DNA of 64,000 nt from contig JAHRHZ010000267.1 of assembly GCA_024137785.1 (NCBI GenBank), positions 23,695,261-23,759,260 on the forward strand, given 5' to 3'. Every line of letters starts with the position of its first letter. Position 1 is the stretch's first letter. The position numbers were made by a program, and so were the translations under genes. Under the pieces are notes generated by a model. The model was given only the letters and a program-made list of their open reading frames with translations. It did not search any database and was not told the origin of the DNA. This DNA comes from Ginglymostoma cirratum (Eukaryota). Shown here piece by piece: positions 24,910 through 38,565 of the stretch.

Positions 24910-25800
24910 TCATAAAATCATAGAAATGTTGTGGTTCAGAAGGAGGCCATTCAGCCAATTGTGTCTGCATCAGGTCTCCCAATGTGTTTTATGACTTAGT
25001 GCCATTTCCTCCCTTTTCTCTATACTTTTCCACATCTTTTTCTGTTTAAACGATCATTTAATGCCCTCTTGAATATCTCAATTGAACTCGTCTCCATCAT
25101 GTTTTCTGGCACTGCATTCTCAAACACTCGTGAAAATTTTTCTCACGTGATATTTTTTCATGATACCTTTACTAATGGGAACAATTATCACTATTTATTC
25201 TATTAGATCTTTCCTGATTTAGAAAACTTATTTATGTCCTCTTAGCCATATTCTGTCCAAGGACTACAGTCCCAACTGCTCCAATCTATCCACATAACTG
25301 TAGTTTCTCATTCCTGGAAACTTTTGTTGTAAACCTCTTCTATACTTTGTCCTCTATGTTCATATCCTTCCAATTGTGTGACACTCAAAGGTTTACAGAA
25401 TACTCCAGCTGAGGGCTAACCAGAATTTTATATGAGATCATCATAACTTCCTAACTCTTGTAGTCCACACTCCTAATAATAAAGTCCAGGATATCAAATG
25501 CTTTACAATCTTCTGTATCCGCCTGCCCTCCCACTTTCAACGATCCATGCATATATACACCCAGATCCCTCTGTTCTGCACTTCCTTAAGAATTGTACCC
25601 TTAATTTGTATTGTCTGTCCACTTTATTTCTACCAAAATGCATCACCTCACACTTCATTGCATTAAACTTTGTCTGCCACCTATCTGCCCACCACCGACT
25701 TTTCTGTGACTTTTTACAATTCTGTACGCTACTCTTCACAGTTTACAATACTTCAGAGTTTCATATCACCTGCAAACTTTGAAATTGTCTGCATGCATAC
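24910..25800 (-). mobile_element. Old CR1 LINE fragment
   Basis: ORF WADRWQTKFNAMKCEVMHFGRNK and a decayed 3'UTR. Confidence 0.8.
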
Positions 25801-25824
25801 TGAGATATGGATAATTAATAAAGG

Positions 25825-26010
25825 TAAAGTCATCAAAGTCTCACTAGACTATTGGGCTGCCCTTTCATTAGACAGACAGAGAGAGAGATAACAGGTGATG
25901 ATTTACCCTGAGGGTCACCACCCCTCAGGTAAGGGGAGAAGTTGAGAAGGAAAGTCCTTCACGGTAACCTCAGCCAGTGTGGGAATTGAACCCATGCTGT
26001 TGGTATCACT
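25825..26010 (-). mobile_element. tRNA-derived SINE (~210 bp family)
   Basis: Reverse complement of the 12070-12280 family. Confidence 0.7.
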
Positions 26011-26049
26011 CTTGATTCTACAAGTGTTTGCTTTGTACGGTTGTTTAAA

Positions 26050-28950
26050 GTTGAAAACATCTACGAGGAGTTGTGTGTCAGGTGCTGAAGGATATTTTGC
26101 TGACTGCAAGGCTCCTGGAGAAACCCACTCTTCCCTAACATTGTGGCAATAAATAGCCAATCCCCTTGGAATACAGCATGACTTGGAGAATGAACAGAGA
26201 CATACAGAGCAGGATAAGCTGGGTGAGGAAAGAACATGGAGAAGATGTCTCAATAGGAGGTCCACATCCATCAAGTCATTAGGGGAGCAATTTACCTTCC
26301 TGAATCACAGCCACAAACATCAAATTCAATGTTTCCACTTCAGGAAAAATATCCCCATTAAAATCTACACCAACAAAGCCTCACCATAGGGCAAGGACCG
26401 TATTAACAGTGACTGCGAAGGAGACCACAGTTAACTTCTATACACCTAAGTTCATCCAGGCTGAAGCTGGAAATATTTTGCATACCGCGGTTATGGGAAT
26501 CAATGAGTCTCTGAGTAATCCATTTCATTCTGTTTCGCATTGTTTTGTGGACACCATTGTCAACACTTGCACTGCACAAGAACGGATAGAGATTCCACTG
26601 TGTCAATGACCAGTTGGTTGTATGACCATTGGCAATGAATGATGCAGGTCAATGACTGGTACAGTGATGCCTTCATTCTCAGAGGCAACTGTGCCAGTTG
26701 CATTTGAGCTACCATAACAAACAAGATGGTGGCAACTAGCAACATGTACCACATTGCCGATGTCTCCAGTGTGCAACCTATGCACGCATGTGCCACATGC
26801 ATTCAAAATAAAACTGTGCACATTCTTGAACTGTGAACATGCAGACCATCCCCATATTGAAAATCTGCTTCTGCTGCCCAGACTGTGCTGGATGGGCCCT
26901 GGGTTACTGAACAGATGGCATGTCAAGACTCATGGTGGCCTGTTGCATGCCGCACAAAGGGTATAGGCCTTGTCACCAGCTGTACGGTAGACCTGAGGAG
27001 CATGAGGAAGAGAAAATGAGAAGGCTGTCACTGTGACGAACCCTTCTGGCCAGGTCTTTCCATGGAGAACTCATCTGAATCCAACCAGTAACAACAACTC
27101 CAATTCCAGTTCTCCAACAGCTTCACACCTTACCTTCTTTCTGTCATTGACCATCAGAGAATTTATTGGCTGCAATGTAAAAACAAAACTGACCACAAAT
27201 GAAGCATTCCAAACTAAATTTATGAATAAAACCTTTCCACGTTGCATCTAAAAGTGAATGATTCAATTTTATGCATTTCCTTGTCTATTGTCTGTGTACT
27301 TTCTGCCTGGCCTGGTGCTCTGATGCAGTGCCACACTGGCCTGTAGCAGAACCAGAGGAAAGCTGTTCATTCTCTGTGGAAGAGACTGTAAAAAGCCTTA
27401 CAGGACAATCATGAGGAGCTCTGACTAAGAAGGTTCAGCTTTAGACAGGGAGGGCAAAGTGGCAGTAGTGGGGACAGGAGAGCAGGTTTGCGGTGGATGT
27501 AGTCACTACCACTTTTTTGGGGCAATCGCCTCAATAGCGATGTGCTGGAGAACAGACTGCTGGCTTAGCTGTGAGACCCTGCACACCCTTTGAACAGCAT
27601 CACGTCCTGCCCCGATGACAGCTCTCAGAACTCACATGTCACAAAGCTGAGCTTCCACTGCAGCAATTGGACATTGGTAGCTGCTGTTTCCACTGCAATG
27701 GAAGCTGAGATATCTGTCATCAAGTGCAGCTTTGTGGTTGGAGCCACATGTATGTGAATGTAGTCGACCACCACTTCCATGATGGAAAGGATTCATTCTA
27801 ACTCCCCTCAAAGCCCTATGTAATGTTAGTGCCAGACACCTTGTGTTCTTTGACATTGACTACAGCCTTTCAGGTAGGCTTCCCAATGCATCAATTATTT
27901 CGCTGTGAATGCACATCAGACTTCTTCTGTGTGAAGTCAACTGACTGTGTATTTTCAGCCTCTCTATTGTCTTGCCCTTTGTCCATTGCCTGGCCAGGTG
28001 GCAGCTCTTAGGCATCTGAAATGAGAAAGATACAAATAAGAATTGTTGTACTGAGAGATGTGGAGGAGGAGGGAGGTAAGAAGTTAATTGTTACATTAGC
28101 TGCGACTCATAAATCAGAAGAGAGTGTGGAGTGCGGGTGAAGTAGAATAGGAGGAATTGGTTCTGAGGATTCTGATGTCTTTGACAGTTCCAGTCTTGCC
28201 ATTGGCCATGATCACAGAAATAAATGCACCAATATTGACCAGCGTGAGTTGTTCATGGCAGTTAGGTTATGTCCCATTCTGGTTACCATCTGTGCCTTCA
28301 ATTGTGTGCCACTTTGTCGTACACAAGAGGGAGAGGTAGCACAATGCAAACTATTTGGTTGGTGTAGTTGTCATGCTTGAGTAGCTGGATGTATGTGCAG
28401 TTTATGAGATGAATGTGAACATTATAGCAGCATTAACGGAGGGTGAGGTGAGGGGTATGAATGTCCAGTATGCAATCTGAATAACAGAAACTGTTGGTGT
28501 GAGAGTGAGGAAGGCATGGTGAATTGAGCATTGTGTGAAGCTGGTGGTATCGTTAGTAGCATATGGCATCTGAAGATGCATTCATTAACCTAGACCACTC
28601 CTGCATGGTTATTGAGATTCCTTTCAGGGCTTGTACCCTGGCATTTCCCTGGGAGATATTCCCCTGCATGGACATTCAACCATTTGTCTGAAGGCTATTG
28701 AAGCCTAAAGTCAATATCAGGACTAAATTTCAATAGAGCCCAAAAAAGGTCTCTATCATTACTGTGTCAGCAGTTTAAACCCATTTAACTTTAGGCACTG
28801 TGTTTAGTTTGAGCTGTCAAACTGCTGTGAATTAAGGTATCAAAATAGTCAGTACTAAGAAGCCAAAGCTTCATGGATACTGAAAATATGAAGTATAGTT
28901 GTAAACTGCTGATGTGTGCAGATTTAGTGCAGGAACTACCATGCAATCCT
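26050..28950 (+). mobile_element. Highly decayed PIF/Harbinger DNA transposon
   Basis: + strand pieces RRCLNRR..FTFLN..FHFRK, ARTVLTVTAKETTVNFY...QAEAGNI and GGLLHAAQRV resemble HARBI1-type transposase (ALNFYASGSFQ..GD; GGALQYSPERV). A possible opposite-strand Myb/SANT ORF relic lies at about 27300-28700. Confidence 0.55.
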
Positions 28951-29589
28951 CCCTTCCTGCACTGGCTCTAATTGCAACACAAAGATCACTTTCACACTTG
29001 CCAATTCTCTAATTTGGGCCGGCTCCTTGGATTATGATGCTAAAATTGACTTCCTTGTGCTGAAATTATTTGCCAGCAGGATGAGGAGTCAATTCTATAG
29101 ACATTCCCAACAGCGCATAAACCTTGTTCTACTAGTTCAATACACAGAAGCCTATTAGATGTAAATCTACTTCAAATTTTGGTATAGTAGCTGCTTTCCA
29201 TTTCTCAATTTATGCTTGTTGTAAGACATTGAGGTTGGAGGTTGAGATCAGAGTAATGTAGTCCACAATTTGTAGAAATTTGATATTATATTTGACACCA
29301 TAAATTCCTTGTTTCAGAATCTAAATTTAGATAGATTGCATACATGTGCTAATTGAGAAAGAAATGGGGATGGTTTGGAACTGGTGGACGTTCTTAGGTG
29401 TAGTATTTTTCATGTACATTGTGCATTTGCGTTTCTCAGTGGTTCAACGGATCTCCGGTGTCAATGACTTCAGATCAGTTCTGATAAACTTCTTAATAAC
29501 CATGGTCTAAGATTCATATCCTGATTTGTAATGTTTTGTTCTGACTTTTTAATGTTAATACAAATAAGAAAGAAAAGATTACTGTGATG

Positions 29590-31750
29590 AGATTGCACCC
29601 CCCAACAGTAAGAGAGACATTGAGAAACAAATATGTAGGGAGAACTCCGATATATATAAGCATAATAAGGTTGAAAAATTAAGATTTTTCAAATATTGGC
29701 TAGGATTACAATAGCGTTAAAGGTTTGGAAGGTGAAGAATTTGTCAAATGTGCTCAAGAAATTTTCTTTATCAATATGTAGATGCTCCTACCAGAAAAGG
29801 ATCAAACTAGATATTCTTTTCAGCAATAAGGCAGGGCAGCTGACTGAAGTGAAAGTGGGGGAGCAGGGTCAGCGATCATTATTTTATTGGTTTCAAAATG
29901 GTTATGAAAAAGGATGAGTCTCCAATAAAAATTAAACTTTTAATTGGAGTAAGGCAAATTTTAATGGCATGAGACAAGAACTTTCAAAAGTTGATTGGAG
30001 TAGACTGTTTACAGGTAAAAGGACGTCTGACAAGTGGGAGGCATTCAAGAGTGTGATGATGAGAGCTCAGAGGCATTTTGTTTCTGTTAGAGTGAAGGGT
30101 AAGGCTGGTAAGATTAAGGAACAATGGATGAATAAAGATATTGAGGTTATAGTCAAGAATAAAAGAGAGTCATTTTTTTAAATATAGACAACTTGGTTCA
30201 ATTGAATCTCTTAAGAATGCCCCTACACTCTTTATAATGATTAAGAGAGAAATCAGGAAGGCAGAGAGGGGATATGAGATATCATTGGCAGGTAAGGTTA
30301 AGGATAATCCAAAGAGATTCTACAAGTACATTTAAGAGCAACAGGCTAACTAGAGAGAGGGTTGGGCCTCTTAAAGATCAATGAGCTCGTCTTTGTGTTG
30401 AACCCCAGGAGATGGGAGAGATACTAAATGAATATTTCGCGTCAGTTTTTACTGTGGAGAAAGAAATGGAGTCTAAAAAATTCACAGAAATAAACTTTGA
30501 TGTTTTAAAACAGTTCACATTACAGAAGAGGACGTTCAGGAGGTCTTTAGATAATATAAAGGTGGATAAATCTCCACGACCTGATATAATGTATCCCAGA
30601 ATGTTTTGGGAAGTAAGGGAGGAAATTACAAGACCTCTTGCAGAAATATTTGCGTCATTTACAACTACGGTGAGGTGCCTAATGACTGGAGGGTGGCTAA
30701 TGTTATACCTTTTGTTTAAGAAAGATTGTAAGGCGAAACCAGGGAACTATAGACCTGTGAATCTGATTTTAGTTGTGGGTAAATTGTTGGTGGTAATTAT
30801 TAAAAAAATAGGATTTATGGACATTTAGAGAATATAGAAGGCATGGTTAGTAAGTTTGCGGATTACACCAAAATTGGTGGCATTGTAGACGTTGAAGAAG
30901 ATTTTCTAAGATTATAAAGGTGTCTTGATCAAATGGGTCAGCGGGCTGAAAAATGGCAGATGGAGTTCAATCTGGATAAATGTGAGGTATTGCATTTTGG
31001 TACAACAAACAAGGGTAGGGCTTATACAATTAATGGTAAGGCCTTGGGCAGTATTGTAGAATAGAGGGACCTAGGGGTGCAGGTATATAATTCTTTAAAG
31101 TTTGTGTCACATATAGACAGGATGATTAAAAAGACATTTGGCACACTTGCCTTCTTTGCTCAATCCTTTGAGTTTAGGAGTTGGGACATTATGTTGAGGT
31201 TGTACAGGACATTGGTGAAACCTCTTCTGGAATACTATGTCCAGTTCTGGTCACCAAGTTATAGGAATGATATTATCAAGCTGGAGAGGGTTCAGAAGAA
31301 ATTTACCAGGATGTTGCAGGGTATGAAAGGTTTGAGGTATAAGGAAAAGATGGATAGGATGGGACTTCTTTCACTGGAGTGTAGGAGGTTGAGAGGTGAT
31401 CTGATAGAAGATTATAAAATAATGAGGCATAGGTAGAGTTGATGGTAGAGATGGGGAATTTCAAGACTGAGGGGCACATTTTTAAGGTGAGAGGAGAGAT
31501 ATTTAAGACATGAGGCAAATTTTTTTACACAGCGGGTGATTTGCATGTGGAATGAACTTCCTGAGGAAGTGTGGATGCGGATACAATTACAACATGTAAA
31601 ACACATTTCGATGGCTCTATGAATAGGAAAGGTTTGGAGAGATATGGGCCAGGAGCAGGCAGGTGGGACTAGTATAGTTTGGGATTATCTTTGGTATGGA
31701 CTGGTTGGGCCAAAGGTTCTGTCTCCGTGCTGTATGACTCTATGACTCTA
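29590..31750 (+). mobile_element. CR1 LINE ORF2 fragment with internal deletion and 3' tail
   Basis: ORFs ILNEYFASVFT, KSPRPD, PGNYRPVNL, LEYYVQFWSP, RRLRGDL and (tatgactc)n tail. Confidence 0.95.
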
Positions 31751-31844
31751 TCTCCAGATCAGCTTGATCAATGCAATGAAAACCAGGAATCAGAAACTAG
31801 GAATTCGCCAGTTTTAAAATCTCTCCACCCCTGGCCCCATCCCA

Positions 31845-32172
31845 TGGCCAAGCCTCCCTCTCATCTCCGCCTCTTTGATCCGACATAAACTGTCCATCTT
31901 CTCTCCCACCTATCCGCCCCACCCATCCTACTCACCAATCCCCACCACTGCCTACCTGCACTCACCTATCACCATCCCACCTACCTTCCCCAGCCCGACC
32001 CCACCTCTCTCTATTTATTTCTCAGCTCCCTTCTCTCTCCCTATTTCTAAAGAAGGGTCCTGACTGAACCGTCAATTTTCCTGCTCCTCTGAAGCTGCCA
32101 GGCCTGCTGTGTTCCTTCAGTTCCGTGCTGTGTTGTCTTTGACTCCAGCATCTGCAGTTCTTGCTATCTCTC
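31845..32172 (+). mobile_element. Older Penelope terminal repeat fragment
   Basis: Similar to 48680-49000 (reverse complement). Degenerate ctaaagaagggtcctgactgaaccgtca motif. Confidence 0.7.
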
Positions 32173-33305
32173 AATCAAAAAATCAGATTATTTATGCTAT
32201 TAATAATAATGATAGGTAATAATTACTCAAGTCATAGAATAGTGCAAGACAAAAGCTCATCACCCAACCCATTAAGTCTGCACTGGTTCTTTTACAGAAC
32301 AATCCAGTTAGCCTACTTCTGCATATATGTCATTGTTTCTCCTTTTAAATACCTTTCCAATTCCATTTGAAGGGTTATTGTTGAACCTGTAGCTTACCAG
32401 GCAGTAATTTTAAAATTCTAACTACTCACTGCATGAAAAATGTTTGTCCTTTATCATCTCTGATTTAGTTGTGTTTCACTTTTAATCTGTGTCCTTCAAC
32501 CATTGTAAATACCTCCTCTTAATTTCCTCTGTTTGAGCCTTTCATGATTTGAAACACCTTTACCAAGTCTCATTTTAACCTTCTCTATCCTAAGCAAAGC
32601 AACCTTGGTTTCTGCAGTCCATCACAAACCTGTAATGTGGCATCCTTATACCCTCACCAAAGTCTTCATAACCATACCAAAATGAAGAGCCCCAGTTTAT
32701 AATAGTTTGACATTTTCCAATGCGATTATTATATAGTATATATTCTATCTTTTGATGTCAGCTGACAAGAACAATGGATCATATTGAATAAAGTTTGGAT
32801 CGTTGGAATGCCTGAATTTGTACAACCCAGAAAGCTAGATTCTTTCTCAAAAGATATTTTTACATTTTCCTTACCCATGTGCTGATAGCATGACTAATGG
32901 TAAATAGAATTTAACATACCACAAAGGTCTGAGGGTACCCTGGCAGTGATTGCTATGAGTCAATTTAATTACGGAGTTATATCTGACTGTATTATTTGTA
33001 ATTACAACTTCTACGGGTTCATGTAACAGACCAAAAAAGGAGCTATACTTAAGTTTGCTTTCAGTTTATTTCCACAAAGATTGGGCATGCTAGGGTTGCA
33101 ATGTCTCAGTGAATTTATCAAGTGAATCTCTAAATGAAACAGTTCAGATTTAGCTTCTCTTCATTGTGATAATGGTGAAGCCACTGCAATTGACCTGGGC
33201 ATCTAATGTGCTAGAGAAGAAATTCTGGTACATGTTCCAGTGATATTTACTGGATGAATGTGTGTCTGGACAGCAGATAGGGAGGATCAGGTATATTTCG
33301 GGTAT

Positions 33306-33500
33306 AAAAACAAAGTTGCAGGAAAAGCTCTGGGTTTGGCAGCACCTGTGAAGGAAAAACCAGAGTTGATGTTTCGGGTCCGGGACCAGACCCGAAACGT
33401 TAACTCTGTTTTTTCCTTCACAGGTGCTGCCAGACCTGCTGAGCTTTTCCTGCAACTTTGTTTTTGTTCCTGGTTTACAGCATCTGCAGTTCTTTCATTT
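33306..33500. mobile_element. Inverted (hairpin) duplication of a Penelope-type terminal repeat
   Basis: 33306-33380 is the reverse complement of 33389-33465. Centred on gtttcgggtc...gacccgaaac. Confidence 0.8.
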
Positions 33501-34043
33501 TTTATGATGTTTCCGGTATAGTTCTGTATTCTGCTTCCATAGCTTTGCCATGGCAAGTCACTTAGTTTAATATTGTAAACACATTTTGATATGAGTTTAT
33601 TTAAAGTATTGGAAAAGATCTGTAGCTTGGGTTTATGAGTTTGAGTTTATCTCCATATGGAGAACAAGACAGTTCTGAACACAAATCCTTGGAATGTATC
33701 ATTGTCTATATCAAGGCAATCCATAAAACGTGCATTTACGCCTATTAGTTTTTTAAATGTTTTAGCAACCTAGTAGCCACAGTGACAGTTAACTTTTAAG
33801 ACCATCTTTACAAGTATCTTGAATAATGGAAGGACTGTTTACAGTGGATTAATCATGCCTAGTGAAGAATCAACACAAGGAAAGGAAACCAGGGCAATAT
33901 ATTTACAAGAGATATACCTTAAACGATAAAAAATAGAAACACGCCCAATTTAACATGTATTCACCCATTGTTAATTTTATTTCAGGAGATAGGTTCTTAC
34001 ATAAGTATCCACCCCTTTATTATCTTTTAAATCAGCATTCTTT

Positions 34044-35330
34044 TGGTGTAGAGATGATATCACTAGATGAAGTAATCCAGAGGCCCAGGCTAAACTCTGG
34101 GGAAATGCCATCAAATCCCTCGATGGAAGCTGATGGAATTTAATTTCATTTAATAAATCTGGAATTGCAAGCTGATCTCTATTGTTGTTTGTCATAAAAT
34201 TCCACCTGGCTCACTACTCTGCCATCCTTACCTAGCCCGGCCTATATGTGACGTCTGATCCACATCAATGGGTTTGACATGGTAGACTAGTTAGATCACG
34301 TGAGGCCCAGGGACAGCTATCCAATTAGATACAAAATTGGTCAGACAGAGGGTGGTGGTAGAGGGTTGTTGTTCAGACTAGAGGAGGATTGGTGCTGGCT
34401 CCACTGTTGTTCATTATTTGCATAAACAATTTGGATGAGAATATAGGAGGCATGATTAGTAATGATATCAAAATTGGTGGTCTCGTGGACAATGAAGAAG
34501 GTTATCTGAGAGTACAATGGGATATTGATCAACTGGGCCAGTGGGCTGAGGAATGGTAACTGGAAATTAATTTAGATAAATGCAAAGTTTAGCATTTTGG
34601 TGAGATAAAGCAGGGCAGGACTTACACAGTTAATGGTAGGACCCTGGGACCCTTGCCTTCATCAGTCACAGCATTGAGTATAGGAGTTGAGACATCATGT
34701 TACGGATGTAGAAGACATTGGTTAGGCCAGTTCTGGAGTATTTCATACAATTCTGATCGCCCTGCTGTAGGAAGAATATTATTAAACTGGAAAGGATGCA
34801 AAACCAATTTACGAGGATGTTGCCAAGACTGGAAGGTTTGAGTTATAAGGAGAGGCTGCATAGGCTGGGACGATTTTCCCTAGATCATAAGAGGCTGAGG
34901 GGTGACTTTATGGAGGTTTATAAAATCATGAGGGGCATAGATAAAGTGAATAGCCAAGGTTTTTTCCCTAGGGTAGGGGAGTCTAAAACTAGAGGGCACA
35001 GGTTTAAGGTGAGAGGGGCAACTTTTAACACAGAGGGTGGTGTTTAAATGGAACAAGCTGCGAGAGGAAATGATAGAGGCAAGTACAATTACAACATTTA
35101 AAAGATATTTGGACAGGTACATAGATAGGAAAGCTTTAGAGGGATGTGGGCTAAATGCAAGCAAATAGGTTTAATTCAGTTTAGGAAACCTGATCGGCAT
35201 GGATGAGTTTTTGCTGAAGGATCTGTTTCCGTACTGTATGACTCTGACTCTTAACCACTATCTGAAAGCCTAGCCAGCCCACTCATTTCAAGGGCAATTA
35301 GAGGTAAATAAAATATGTTGGCTCAGAGCA
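34044..35330 (+). mobile_element. tRNA-headed SINE (34044-34278 and 35245-35330) split by a CR1 insertion (34279-35250)
   Basis: The two halves rejoin as ...ggtttgac|tcttaac..., matching 9415-9430. Insert encodes FTRMLPRLEGLSYKERL and ends tatgactctgactc. Confidence 0.85.
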
Positions 35331-38300
35331 CCCCACAGTGAAATGGGGCAAGAGCTATTAACTGCAAAAAGGTAAGTGCATTTAAGTGTTCCTCCCACTT
35401 CCTCAAGTTAATATTCAGCTTGTGTTTCTCTTCTGGTCACAGGCTTTTTCTTCCCTCAACTATAAATGGCAATTTCCCCAAAGGCTCCAGTTTACATCTG
35501 CCCAATGATCTCCCAACTTTCCCTCACTGAAAACCATGATTGTACTAATTGGAGACGCTCCTAAAGGAAGCTTGCCTAAGTATCTTGCTGCCAGCCTTCC
35601 AGCCCACCACTGGCTAACTGTTCATTTGACCAGCTGCTGGGCAGAAAACAGATCAACCCGTCCTGTTCCTTTTTCAACTTCTTCACTTCTTCCCAGAAAC
35701 CACGTTTCCAAGTTAATATTATGGCCAATATATCAGCCTTCATGGTGTGCTGACATTGCTAAAATGCATGTATTTTATGGTCTGTATTGCAGTTATACAA
35801 TTGCTGATTACATGGGATTTACAAGTGCCATGGAACTGCATTGTTGAGCAGTCAATATTTTATTGAGTTATATCCTCACTGTTTCAGGTCAATAACTCCA
35901 GATATTTTCATGAAAGTGTGCACTGTGCATTATGTATAAAGTAGAGAAGGACCTTCAGACACAGGTTGTACTTTTGGTTTATGACCAGCAAAGCTGGAAA
36001 TACAATTTCACTTTCAGATTCCTGCCCTTTAAGGTCTAAGATTCCTAAGATCTCCCCTGCATTCTGTAAATAAGTATCACATTAAACAGACACAGTGTGA
36101 TTATTACAAACTAACTCAGTGGGCAGGAACTTTCCATGGGCTTTGGGATACCAAATTCAGGACCAAATGACAGGTCAAGCTCACACTTGCCAGCATGACA
36201 TTAGCCCAGCAATGTTCTAGGAGGTGACCTCCTAATTGCTCATTTCCTTGCTCTCCAGCCAATTAAAGACAACAGGAAAATTCTCAATGCTTCAGTCCCA
36301 GTTAGAAGGCTGGCAGCCCTGGATCCCCAATAGGAGAGGCAACTACTACTGAGTAGGTTTGAACCGCAAAAGTTACCCTTTTTGGCCTGTGCAATAGTGA
36401 TGAAATTGTTACAACTCCTGTGGGAGATCCAGAAACCAAAGTAACCAAACTTACTGAATGAACTCCAAATGAAGAAATTGGCAATGTCTTTTTTTTTTTG
36501 CAGCCTCTTTTACTTCTGTTTTTAAAACTCTTTACAATAACATTAACCATATTAATGTAAATTAAATATGAATGAATAGGCAAATGATACTTATGTAAAA
36601 AAGGTAAATCTCACTTAAGCATTCATTACAACCTCAAACATTCACATTAACTCTGCACAAATACAAAACCGTTTAATTTTTCCGTTCCACAACACACTAT
36701 TCTTCATTCATCAGGATTGGTCAGGAGTCCTAACTGACAGCGGTTTGCACCTCAACCTTTCATGGGGATTATCAGCAACCAAGACTCCCATCTACAAACT
36801 CTGTCTACTTTTGGCACACAACAATTTAGCAATGTAATTTTCTAGAGTTCCTTTTCAACTGATCAACCAAAAACCATAGTTTCCCCATTGCTCGGAAAAC
36901 AACTAGCTGTTTAGCATCTTTGAACTATGCATACAGATTCCTAGATTTTGGATATTTTTTAGCCAGCTCACACAGTCCCTCTAAGGATTCCTTTCTCCTT
37001 TTTATCAAAAAGAAAAATTTACGTCTTCCTGATTTTGCTTCTTTTCTTAACAAATATTTCTCCTGTTGTCTCAGTCTGCTTCTTCTTTGTTTGCATTTGT
37101 ATGATGATCACTTTTGCCCTCCAGATCCTGTGTTTACATCTCTCCTTTGTGTCTACAGCACACCATATCTTAACTTTGTTCTTTTTATTTGGTACTGCAT
37201 CCAGGCCAAGTGTTGTCAGCTCAAATGGACCAAGAAAGGTACAAATGGTCTCTTTAAAATAAATGTAAGCTCTTGCACATCCTTTTCAAACATCCTTAAA
37301 AGTAATAAACCTCCACAGACCTTTGAAATAAATTGGATATTTTGCTGGTTTCACTGATTTTGGGTCAAAGTTCATAATAAGCAAAAAAGACAAGGCTGAC
37401 CAGTTCATTTTGGTGGAGGGAAAACCCCTCTTTTTGTATAAGGATTGGTTGGAATTAATAGCTTTATGCTCATAACCTTTTCATTGGGACATGGAAGCTT
37501 TCACTACCTCCATTGTGCTAGAAACCTCACATGTAGTGCACTAGTGGCCAAATGCTAGTCGAGCCACAAAATCACCTCTAATTGGTGTCGTGACTATTTT
37601 AATTGACTGGCCATTTCTGTGGAGTATGTAGCCAATTAGATTTCCAAGCTGCTCCTAGAAAACATCACAGTGATGGGGAATGCATTGAATGGTCCTCTCA
37701 ATATGGCTCCCCTATAACTTTTCCAGCTCACCCTACACCAAGCCCACTACTACAGGGCCAGGAAAATTCTGCCCAATGTCTGTGGGCTCAGTCCTGCTGA
37801 ATATGGCTTGCATAACCAATTGATAAAGAAGAATGGTATGTGGATGTGATGTAAGCTGATATAGAATTATACATTGATCAACCTATCCTCTTAATTTGCT
37901 TTTTATGTAAGTTCAATTGTTTTTAAGCTTGTGGGCACATTAAGATTTTATTTTCTAAGAGTGTACGTGCATGATAACGTACAAGGTTGCAAGTTTCAGA
38001 CTCCAGTTAATTCATTATTTTGACTGACACAAAGATATATCATTGTGATGCAGGGCTAAAAGTTATTTGGTGCCTTCTGGAACTGTAAAACAGTACGAGT
38101 TACTGTCTTCAGGGCATTGGGAGTGGTAGGGGGAGGAGGGTGAGTAATAGCATTGCATTAGGCCCCTAAAAGAAAACCAAATGGTTTGTCTAAGCTTTGG
38201 TTCCCTTAACTGTCCTCTCCTGTATAGATCTTAAGCCAAGTTGCATCTCTCCTTGGTCCTAGCAATATCATTGATCAGCTAGTTTCTGATTTGTCAGCAA

Positions 38301-38454
38301 GTTGATTAATTCAGGCTGTGACTACGTGACAGTGATTACAAAAATGGCTAAAATTTTAATGGCACCAGAGATTAGAAGGAATGACTGTTGAAATGTGTTG
38401 ATAGATGCTCATAAAATTTTAAGTATTTTAATTAACTACTTCTAAAAATAGCAT

Positions 38455-38565
38455 AGGGATCTTGTGGCATAGTGGTAGTACCTGTACTGTGGGCCAGAAG
38501 GTCTAGTTTCAAGTCCCACCTTCTCCCGAGTTGTGCCAAAGAATGTTCAAACAAATTGATTAAAA
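38455..38565 (+). mobile_element. Short tRNA-headed SINE
   Basis: tggcatagtgg A-box, gtttcaagtccc B-box. Same family as 16162-16265. Confidence 0.55.
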
